The notes beneath the pieces are model-generated. The model saw only the letters and a list, made by a program, of their open reading frames with translations. It was not told where the DNA came from and searched no databases. Of a stretch of DNA of 33,175 bases, positions 23,894 to 31,849 are shown piece by piece. The position numbers and the translations under genes were made by a program. This stretch comes from Nanobdellota archaeon (lineage in GTDB: Archaea > Nanobdellota > Nanobdellia > Woesearchaeales > GW2011-AR9). Every line of letters starts with the position of its first letter. Positions within the stretch are counted from its first letter, which is position 1. The stretch spans positions 1-33,175 of the forward strand of contig JAUYPT010000060.1 of NCBI GenBank assembly GCA_030695685.1, given 5' to 3'.

Positions 23894-25831
23894 TTAACCC
23901 CCCACAAAACTAATTCGCTTGCTGACTAATTTTGGCAATGGCAGCGTATCAAACGGCCTGCCTTTTGTTTTATCATCAATGATTGCAACAAGGTCGGTAA
24001 AACTCATCTTTAATTCTTCATTTTTTTCCCGGTCACGAACAACGAAACTTTTGCTATCATTATTTTTAAATGAGTGCATTTCATTATCACCAATAACTAA
24101 CGTATACGGCACCCACTCTAATGCTGCAGTGCGGATGCGTTTTCCGACGCCCTCTAAACGGTCATCAATGTCAACCCGAATATTCAATTCATTCAATTTT
24201 GCCGCTACCTGCTGGCAGTATTCAAAATGATTGTCTAACGATACAGGAATTAACCGCACCTGTGTTGGCGCTAACCATAACGGTAATGACGGAACCTTTC
24301 CCACCTTTTCTTCCATTGCCGCTTTTTCCAATAGCGCATAGATGATTCTTTCCACCGCACCGGAAGGTGAAAGGTGCAGAATTAAAGGATGGCGTTTCTT
24401 GCCTTCCTTGTCAACATAATTAATATCATAGCGTTCCGCATTTTCCACGTCAATCTGATCTGTCGTCAAAGCAGAACATTTATCTAACGCATCGACAAAA
24501 TTCCATTCGTATTTCATGCTGTAATAAAAGAAGCGTTCATTCCACATTTCCACCAATGCAGGTTTGCCCCATTCTTTCACTAAACTAGTGACAAAATCCT
24601 TATTTTGCTCCCAGAAATCTTTGGTCATCCGAATGGCAAATTCAAGATCATCCGGCAATTTCAATCCGATGCCTTCCTGCACTTCCTTCGCTAATTGAAA
24701 GCGGCGTTTCATTTCGCTTTTCGCCTGCGCTTCATCAGCGCAAAAGGCATGACAGTCCGGCATCGTAAACGACCGCAGGCGGCGTAATCCTGTTAATTCC
24801 CCATGCTGTTCCGCGCGGAAACTGTAGCGGGTTAATTCGTACAGCCAGACTGGCAAGTGCTTATAGGAAACTTGTGCGTCGTGCATTTCCAGAAATTGGC
24901 CGAAACAGGCAGCAAATCGCAAAAATACTTTTTTGTTAGGCGTTTGAATGGTGTATTGCCGTGCCGGAAAACGATTAAGATAGCTCTTCAATGAAGGATG
25001 TTCAAAATCATACATGATCGGCGATTCAATTTCCATCCCGCCATATTCTTTTGTTTTCTGAGTCACCCAGCGTTCGATCAATCCTTTGATAAACCGCCCT
25101 TTGGGATAGTACCGTAAATTACCGGGATCAGAGCCGGGCTCATAATCAACCAGTTCCAATTTCCGCATCAAATGGACATGCGGCGGCTCTTCGTTGGCAA
25201 CCCTACTTTTGGCCATTTCGTACGCTGCCAGCTTTTGCAGTCCGGACTGCTCTGTAAATTCAAAACCGTTAAATTTTTTCTTCTCCTTGTTGTAGGTCAA
25301 GGGATTTAATTTTCCTTTTCCATCGAGAATAAACCACTGTGACACTAACGTTTTTTCGGCTGCGAGCGCTTTGCTTTCGTCGCTCCCGTGTTTATGTTTA
25401 CTTTCCGCATCATCAACGCTGAATTCCCTGCTTAATTCTGATAAGGGATGGCCTTTACAGGAAATCGTAAACGATTTATACCAGCCAAACGGCGCCCGGG
25501 TAACACTATATTTTTCCGCCAGTATTTTTTCAGCATCTTTCAGAACCTCTTCGGCGATCTTAGGAGCTGCGAGAGTAGAGCTTAAATGAGCATACGGATA
25601 CAGTACAAGTGTTTTGGCATTAACCTGCTGGGCAATATTTTTGATTTCCTGCACATATTTTTGAACGACAGCAGCAGTGTTTTTTTCATCCCTTTTTTCG
25701 ACAGCCGTAAACACAACCAGGCATTCCTTGACTTTGTGCACTCCTTTATCAACGCTGTCATCAGCCCCCTTAAAAGCCTTCTTTTGAGCTGCAAATTCAA
25801 TGAAATCAGCGTGGATGGTCAGTATTTTCAT
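23894..25831 (-). CDS. thrS: Threonyl-tRNA synthetase, archaeal type with N-terminal DTD-like editing domain
   Basis: The N-terminus [13 protein letters not shown]...[16 protein letters not shown]...[25 protein letters not shown] matches the archaeal ThrRS editing domain (compare Pyrococcus ...YPFAHLSSELA...[23 protein letters not shown], from memory). A class II catalytic core and a C-terminal anticodon-binding domain follow. Confidence 0.92.
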   Translation of the reverse strand: [645 protein letters not shown]

Positions 25832-25856
25832 GGTATTTTGAAGGTGTAAAGAATGC

Positions 25857-25866
25857 TTATATAAAA
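25857..25866 (-). promoter_or_regulatory. TATA-box-like element for thrS
   Basis: On the minus strand, cttttttatataagc is centred about 30 nt upstream of the thrS ATG at 25831. Confidence 0.45.
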
Positions 25867-25935
25867 AAGAATCGGGTTTTTATCGATAATTATAGCTTAT
25901 TTTATTATTTTTTATTATTCATTATATCCACAATT

Positions 25936-25945
25936 TTTATATAAA
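25936..25945 (+). promoter_or_regulatory. TATA-box-like element for the ORF at 25966
   Basis: tttatataaa lies about 21-30 nt upstream of the ATG, in the divergent intergenic region shared with thrS. Confidence 0.45.
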
Positions 25946-25965
25946 ACCGTTTCTTTTGAAAGGTT

Positions 25966-26664
25966 ATGAGCATTTATGAAACGACTGTTCCTGCTGGAAC
26001 ATATTATAAAAAGCAGGATTTAGAGGGAACAGTCCTAGATTTAGAGCCATTAACAAAAATCATGTGCCTGAGCTATTACAGCCCTTCTAAAAATAGGGAA
26101 ATTTCGATTGAGGTTGATCTCTCTAAAAAAGAACTGAAAGCAGATAGTGGAGAGCTTCCGTACGAATTTCCAATCATCATTAAATCAATGCACAAAGTAG
26201 TCGTTGCATCAGCGCACAAATACGAACATGAATGGGGTTTACACACATATACTAAAATCGTTACATTTCTGGAGCATGCCAACAACATTCTGCCGCAAGA
26301 GCCGCTGGAGGATGAAACCAACTCTTATTTCTTATTTAATCCAGATTATACTCTCAGCCTTGAAGGACATCTCAATGATGAAAACGATGATTACTATGCC
26401 GAATGCAAACCAATTACATTGTGGACTTCTGACCATCGAAATAAACCCATTGCGATTTCGATTGAAAAATCGCTCTATCTATATACAGAGGGAGAAACAA
26501 TCACTGCAGAGCATTCTTATTTCTTTCCAGGAGAACAGGAGGCGCGGTATTCCCATTCCATTCGGGATCTTCCCAACGATGGAAAGAAATTGAAGCGAAT
26601 TCTCGAAGAGTACAAGCAGAAAATAGAAGAAAGTTTATTAGAAGTTCTTCTGCTGAAGGAGTAA
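25966..26664 (+). CDS. Hypothetical protein (232 aa)
   Basis: Clean ORF with a well-placed TATA-like box. I recognise no family. Confidence 0.55.
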   Translation: MSIYETTVPAGTYYKKQDLEGTVLDLEPLTKIMCLSYYSPSKNREISIEVDLSKKELKADSGELPYEFPIIIKSMHKVVVASAHKYEHEWGLHTYTKIVTFLEHANNILPQEPLEDETNSYFLFNPDYTLSLEGHLNDENDDYYAECKPITLWTSDHRNKPIAISIEKSLYLYTEGETITAEHSYFFPGEQEARYSHSIRDLPNDGKKLKRILEEYKQKIEESLLEVLLLKE

Positions 26665-26755
26665 TGTGTTCAGAAGGTTATTACATTTGTGATTCTAATG
26701 GATTGCAATCTCTAAACAAAAAAGTTCTTAAAGACGCAAAGTATCCTTATAAGAT

Positions 26756-27430
26756 ATGATTCTTGGAAAAAAAACAGCAAAAAAGATGAAAAAAGAAACA
26801 GTTGTTGTCTTCAGTGCTCATTCCGATGATTTTGTGATTGGAGCTGGCGGTACAATAGCCAATTATACCAAAGAAGGGAAGAAAGTTATTGTCATCGTCA
26901 TGTCCTATGGTGAAAAATCACATATCTGGCTGAAAAAGTCTATTGTCCAGAAAATGCGTTCCGCTGAAACGATGGAAGCCTGCAAATTATTGAAATGCAA
27001 AGCTCTTTTTTTTGACCTGCGTGAAGGAAATTTTCCGGAAGATTATGCTGCTACAAAAAGAGAACAGCAATTTCTCGACCTAATTCATTCTTTAAAACCA
27101 GTCAAAATATTTACGCACAGCAGTGAAGATCCTCATCCTGACCATCGTGCAACCCATGCCATAACATTAGACCTTTACGAAAAATTATCCTACAGGCCGG
27201 AAGTGTACATTTATTCCGTCTGGAATCCATTCTCATTTAAGACTATCTATCCGGCACTTTATAGTAATATTAGTACCACGTTGCGTCTAAAGCTGCAAGC
27301 GCTTAGAACGTTTCGCAGCCAGAAAATTCATCTTGCCTATCCTTTACTGTTGCTGCTGTTACGAGCGGTAAGAGATGGTTTTAAGATGAGAGGAGCAAGA
27401 TTCGCGGAGAAATTTTTCAGGATAAAATAA
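26756..27430 (+). CDS. PIG-L/LmbE-family N-acetylglucosaminyl deacetylase
   Basis: VVVFSAHSDDFVIGAGGTIA is a variant of the AHPDDE motif. SEDPHPDHRATH supplies the HPDH zinc ligands. Confidence 0.8.
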   Translation: MILGKKTAKKMKKETVVVFSAHSDDFVIGAGGTIANYTKEGKKVIVIVMSYGEKSHIWLKKSIVQKMRSAETMEACKLLKCKALFFDLREGNFPEDYAATKREQQFLDLIHSLKPVKIFTHSSEDPHPDHRATHAITLDLYEKLSYRPEVYIYSVWNPFSFKTIYPALYSNISTTLRLKLQALRTFRSQKIHLAYPLLLLLLRAVRDGFKMRGARFAEKFFRIK

Positions 27431-27459
27431 TTATCACAAACAGAAAAAATAAACTGCCT

Positions 27460-28620
27460 ATGAACCAAAAACCAAAACTGCTGCTGGTTGCAGATACGTA
27501 TTACCCTAAAGTAGATGGTACATTGCGGTTCATGGAAGAATTTATCAAACGCTCTTCCAAAATGTTTGATCTTACTTTGCTCGTGCCGCAGCTGGAACAA
27601 CAAAAACGTTCTCCCCGCAACTTTGCAATCACGTTTCTTGAGCCTTCAAGAATACTGCACATTTCCGGTTATCCATCCCTTAAATTATCGTTCCGCAATG
27701 TTAAAAACATTACCACAGCGATTAGAAATGCTGATCTTGTTTTCATTCAGGGGCCTGCTTTAATCAGTTATTTAAGTGTTTATTACGCACATAAATACCA
27801 TAAAAAAACAGTGTTTTATATGCACACAATCGCCTGGGAACTTTTGGAAAAATTCTTACCGCCATTACTCAACAAGATTCTGTTGAGAGTGATCAAACGG
27901 TTTTCGATCATGATGTATAACCTCTGTGATGAAATCTTTATCCCCTATCAGGATCTCAAAACACAGCTTGCCGCTGCCGGGGTAAAAACAACGATGACGG
28001 TTGCCCGATTAGGAGTTGATATTGAGAGGTTTTCCCCTACCAAAGATAAAATGGCAAGTAAAAAAAATATTGGCATTTCCCAGGACAAAAAAGTGATTGG
28101 CTATGTGGGAAGAATCTCCAAAGAAAAAAATATGGATGTTCTGCTTAATGCCTTCCTTAAACTGCCGCATCAGGAAGAGCTGCAGTTATTGATGGTTGGG
28201 GATGGACCTTCTGATCTCACGACAAAATTTAAAGCATTGCATAATTGCACCATTACCGGTTTCGTTTCCAATGTTCAGGATTATCTCAAAGCAATGGATA
28301 TTTTTGTCATGCCCAGTTTAACGGAAACAACATCATTGGCAACATTAGAAGCGATGTCCTGCGGTCTTCCTGTGATTGCATCCAAAGTAGGATTTATCAA
28401 ACACTATCTTATCAAAGACCATAATGGCCTTTTCTTTCCTCAAAGCAGTGCGCCGATTCTTGCACTGAAGATTGAAAAATTACTGCATGATGAAACAATA
28501 CGCCACAATTTAGGTAAAAATGCCCGGCGGATGGTTGCATATTCTTTCTCCTGGGAGAGATCAATCAACCGCATTAAAAGATTTCTGATGCATATTTATT
28601 TTCAGAAAGCAAAAAGGTAA
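27460..28620 (+). CDS. Glycosyltransferase family 4 (GT-B fold)
   Basis: 386 aa. The C-terminal signature FVMPSLTETTSLATLEAMSCGLPVIASKVG matches E(x7)E / EAM..G.PV. Confidence 0.85.
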   Translation: MNQKPKLLLVADTYYPKVDGTLRFMEEFIKRSSKMFDLTLLVPQLEQQKRSPRNFAITFLEPSRILHISGYPSLKLSFRNVKNITTAIRNADLVFIQGPALISYLSVYYAHKYHKKTVFYMHTIAWELLEKFLPPLLNKILLRVIKRFSIMMYNLCDEIFIPYQDLKTQLAAAGVKTTMTVARLGVDIERFSPTKDKMASKKNIGISQDKKVIGYVGRISKEKNMDVLLNAFLKLPHQEELQLLMVGDGPSDLTTKFKALHNCTITGFVSNVQDYLKAMDIFVMPSLTETTSLATLEAMSCGLPVIASKVGFIKHYLIKDHNGLFFPQSSAPILALKIEKLLHDETIRHNLGKNARRMVAYSFSWERSINRIKRFLMHIYFQKAKR

Positions 28621-28722
28621 ATGAATAAGAACAACTGTCCATAAATTTAACCAAAAACAGTAAAATCGTATATACCACATAGACAAAATGTTTAAAAACA
28701 ATTATAAAAAAAATTATCAGCT

Positions 28723-28959
28723 ATGGAAGACTATGATTATGAGTCTGACGAAGAAGAGGTTGAAAGCCCGATAGAGCAAGGTGGTTTATCCTCAACGGAA
28801 GAAGGCTTCATGAAAGGTTATCTCGATGAGGATAAAGTCAAGGAATGTTCTGAATGCGGGGCTGCTCTCCGCAATGGTGGAATTGCAAAAGAGATTGAAG
28901 GTGAAGAGCTGCATTTCTGTTCCCGGTCCTGTACGGAAGATTACAAAGAAAGCCTCTAG
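28723..28959 (+). CDS. Small acidic TRASH/zinc-ribbon-like protein
   Basis: 78 aa. CSECGAAL-x19-FCSRSC fits a C-x2-C ... C-x3-C metal-binding layout like TRASH/L24e-type fingers. The N-terminus is strongly acidic. Confidence 0.55.
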   Translation: MEDYDYESDEEEVESPIEQGGLSSTEEGFMKGYLDEDKVKECSECGAALRNGGIAKEIEGEELHFCSRSCTEDYKESL

Positions 28960-29010
28960 TCAAATAAGACTGAATAGAGAGAACTTATTTTACTTACATT
29001 AATTTCAGCC

Positions 29011-29172
29011 GGCTCTGTCCTAAATCTCACTACAATTCGGGTTGCCATCGGTTCGCACTCCCTTTTTTAATTTGATTGTTGACATTTCCCATAGGGCTTC
29101 CCCTTTGTCAACTTGATACCTCTCATGTAAGGTGCTCACAAATTGATGGCAACCTACATTTAGGACAGAGCC
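29011..29172. mobile_element. MITE-like non-autonomous element, copy 2 (162 bp, 15-bp perfect TIR, 9-bp target-site duplication)
   Basis: ggctctgtcctaaat (29011-29025) is the exact reverse complement of atttaggacagagcc (29158-29172). It is flanked by atttcagcc at 29002-29010 and 29173-29181. A second internal stem pairs ggttgccatc (29040-29049) with gatggcaacc (29145-29154). The right-end reverse complement GGCTCTGTCCTAAATGT matches copy 1's GGCTCTGTAGAAAATGT at 14 of 17 positions. Confidence 0.6.
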
Positions 29173-29247
29173 ATTTCAGCCATAAACTATATAAATAAGC
29201 CCCTTTTTAGCATTAGTTATTATCGTAATTATACGTAGTTAAACACG

Positions 29248-29967
29248 ATGGCAAAACAAACAGTAGAAACATTGGTAGAAGGCGGTAAAGCAACCGCTGC
29301 ACCCCCGCTTGGCCCAGCACTTGGCCCGACAGGTGTTAATATTGGGCGTGTTGTCAGTGAAATTAATGCTAAAACTGCAGGCCTTAAAGGAATGCAGGTT
29401 CCTGTCAAAGTTATTGTTGATACTCAAAGTAAAGAATTTTTAATTGAAATTGGAACACCTCCCGCAGCAGCCTTGCTTAAAAAAGAGGCAGGCGTAGAGA
29501 AAGGCGCTGGAAACCCTCTTGCTGAGAAAGTTGCTGATCTACTGATTGAACAAATTATTAAAGTAGCTAAAACAAAAGAAGATTCACTTCTGGGAAAGGG
29601 CCTTAAAGCAAAGGTAAAAGAAATTGTTGGAACCTGCCAGTCGATAGGAATTCTGATTGAAGGCATGACAGCGCAGGAAGCATTGAAAGCAATCGATAAT
29701 GGACAATTTGATGAAAAAATCCGCCTCGGAAGAACAGAATTAACTGCAGAAGAAAAAGCACGGGTAGAAGAAGAGCGGAAGAAACTTCAGGAAGCTATGG
29801 GTGCACGGCGTGCTGAGTTTGAAGCCAAAGCTAAAGTTATTATGAAAGAATTGGAAGGCAAGGAAAACAAGAAAATCAGGACTGCGATGGCAGAAGCTGG
29901 CATCCCTGTTCCAATCATTAATGAATTGGCGCCTGTTGAGAAAGCTGAAGAAGCAACGAAAAAATAA
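29248..29967 (+). CDS. rpl11: 50S ribosomal protein uL11 (archaeal type) with a long charged C-terminal extension
   Basis: VEGGKATAAPPLGPALGPTGVNIGRVVSEINAKTAGLKGMQVPVKVIVD is the archaeal L11 N-domain, followed by the RNA-binding C-domain. About 80 extra Lys/Glu/Ala-rich residues follow residue ~160. Confidence 0.9.
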   Translation: MAKQTVETLVEGGKATAAPPLGPALGPTGVNIGRVVSEINAKTAGLKGMQVPVKVIVDTQSKEFLIEIGTPPAAALLKKEAGVEKGAGNPLAEKVADLLIEQIIKVAKTKEDSLLGKGLKAKVKEIVGTCQSIGILIEGMTAQEALKAIDNGQFDEKIRLGRTELTAEEKARVEEERKKLQEAMGARRAEFEAKAKVIMKELEGKENKKIRTAMAEAGIPVPIINELAPVEKAEEATKK

Positions 29968-30022
29968 TTTTGATTTATTAAATTGTTGTTAGGCATAATC
30001 GGTTTCAGACGCAGAAAATAAA

Positions 30023-30034
30023 AATTTATAAATT
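30023..30034 (+). promoter_or_regulatory. TATA-box-like element for purB
   Basis: aatttataaatt lies about 21-32 nt upstream of the ATG at 30055. Confidence 0.45.
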
Positions 30035-30054
30035 AAAGAGTAAGATATGTTTAT

Positions 30055-31446
30055 ATGGATAAATTAGAAGCAATAAGTCCAATTGACGGCAGATACAGAA
30101 GATACACCGAACCATTAGCAGATATTTTTAGTGAAAAGGGACTAATCAAATTTAGAGTAAAAGTTGAAGGGGAATATTTACTATTTTTATCTGAACATCC
30201 ACAAATTGGAATAAGAGCATTTTCTGAGGAAGAAAAGAATCTTGTTAGAAAATTATATAATATCACTACAGAAGATGCTGGAATTGTTAAAGCAATTGAA
30301 GTGAAAGGTTATAAAAATATTAGACCAACAAATCACGATGTTAAAGCTGTAGAATATTTTATGAAAGATAGATTAAAAGGAACTTCGTTGGAAGATTCTT
30401 TAGAAGGAATACACTTTGCTCTAACTTCTGAAGATGTAAATAATCTTGCGTATGGATTAATGCTGTCTGATGGTATTGGCAAAGTCATCCTGCCAACAGC
30501 GCAAGAATTGTATGAAACAATTGAAGGGCTTGCGCAACAGCATAAAGATGTACCAATGTTGGCAAGAACACATGGACAACCAGCATCACCAACAACATTT
30601 GGTAAAGAGTTCAAAGTTTTTGCTTCAAGATTAAGAAGACAGTTAGACCAATTAGCAAATTATGACATTCTTGTCAAATTAAATGGAGCAACAGGCAATT
30701 ATGACGCTCACTATATTGCTTATCCAGAAGTAAATTGGATAGCTTTTACAAGAGACTTTGTTGAAAGGTTTAATGATGGAAGAAAAATAAGATTAAGACC
30801 TAATTTTATAACAACACAAATAGAACCACATGATACTTATGCGGAATTATTCGACAACTTGCGTAGATTAAACACTATTCTTATTGGTTTTGACCAAGAT
30901 ATGTGGAGATACATAAGCGACGATTGGATTAAGCAAAAACCTGTTGAAGGAGAAATTGGTTCTTCGACAATGCCTCATAAAGTAAATCCCATTGATTTTG
31001 AAAACAGTGAAGGTAATTTAGGGGTAGCAAATGCACTTTTTGGTTATTTTGCACTAAAATTACCTATATCAAGACTCCAAAGAGACTTATCAGATTCAAC
31101 AGTAGAAAGAAATTTTGGTGTCGCTTTAAGCCATAGCCTAATTGGGTATAAATCGGCACAAAAAGGTTTAAGCAAGATTGCTGTAAATGAGCAGAAAGTT
31201 GTAGAGGAATTAGAAAATCATCCAGAAGTCATATCAGAAGCGATTCAAACAGTTCTAAGAAGAGAAGGAGCAGAAATGCCATATGAAAAGCTAAAGGAAT
31301 TGACAAGAGGAAGGAAGATTACGAAGGATGACTTTAGAATATTTATTGAAGGGTTAAATGTTTCTGATCAAGTTAAAGGAGAATTAAAACATATTACACT
31401 TACGAATTATACAGGAATTGCTCGTCTTCTAGTAGAAAGTCAATAG
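30055..31446 (+). CDS. purB: Adenylosuccinate lyase
   Basis: Fumarate-lyase signature GSSTMPHKVNPIDFEN. The N-terminus AISPIDGRY and the length (463 aa) are typical of PurB. Confidence 0.92.
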   Translation: MDKLEAISPIDGRYRRYTEPLADIFSEKGLIKFRVKVEGEYLLFLSEHPQIGIRAFSEEEKNLVRKLYNITTEDAGIVKAIEVKGYKNIRPTNHDVKAVEYFMKDRLKGTSLEDSLEGIHFALTSEDVNNLAYGLMLSDGIGKVILPTAQELYETIEGLAQQHKDVPMLARTHGQPASPTTFGKEFKVFASRLRRQLDQLANYDILVKLNGATGNYDAHYIAYPEVNWIAFTRDFVERFNDGRKIRLRPNFITTQIEPHDTYAELFDNLRRLNTILIGFDQDMWRYISDDWIKQKPVEGEIGSSTMPHKVNPIDFENSEGNLGVANALFGYFALKLPISRLQRDLSDSTVERNFGVALSHSLIGYKSAQKGLSKIAVNEQKVVEELENHPEVISEAIQTVLRREGAEMPYEKLKELTRGRKITKDDFRIFIEGLNVSDQVKGELKHITLTNYTGIARLLVESQ

Positions 31447-31483
31447 CGCTCAAAAGGGATTACGCATAACAGCCTATTTAATA

Positions 31484-31723
31484 TTACTTCTTCTTCCCTA
31501 TCCGTGCGCCAATTCGGTCCAGTTCTTCAATTTCCGCTTTTTTAATCTGTAAAATTGCTTCTGATAAGCGCTCTACAGCCTGGCCAATCTTCCGAGTACT
31601 GCTCATTTGTCTCATCAGCAGGGCGATAATGACGATACATTCTACAAGCAGCAAGAAGATAATAAACGCCATCACCAACAGAATTTCAATTAAAGGAATA
31701 TCCACGCCGCCAACGATGACCAT
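31484..31723 (-). CDS. Hypothetical small single-pass membrane protein
   Basis: 79 aa with one long hydrophobic helix (LIEILLVMAFIIFLLLVECIVIIALL) and a charged helical tail. Confidence 0.45.
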   Translation of the reverse strand: MVIVGGVDIPLIEILLVMAFIIFLLLVECIVIIALLMRQMSSTRKIGQAVERLSEAILQIKKAEIEELDRIGARIGKKK

Positions 31724-31849
31724 AGCAAAAACAAAGAATTAAATGATTATAAAACTTTCTATAATAGAAATTTTTATATAGAATCACTTTCTGACCTAAA
31801 AATAAAGAATTTTATGAAGTGTATCTCATATTTCCTAAAGTGAATTACT

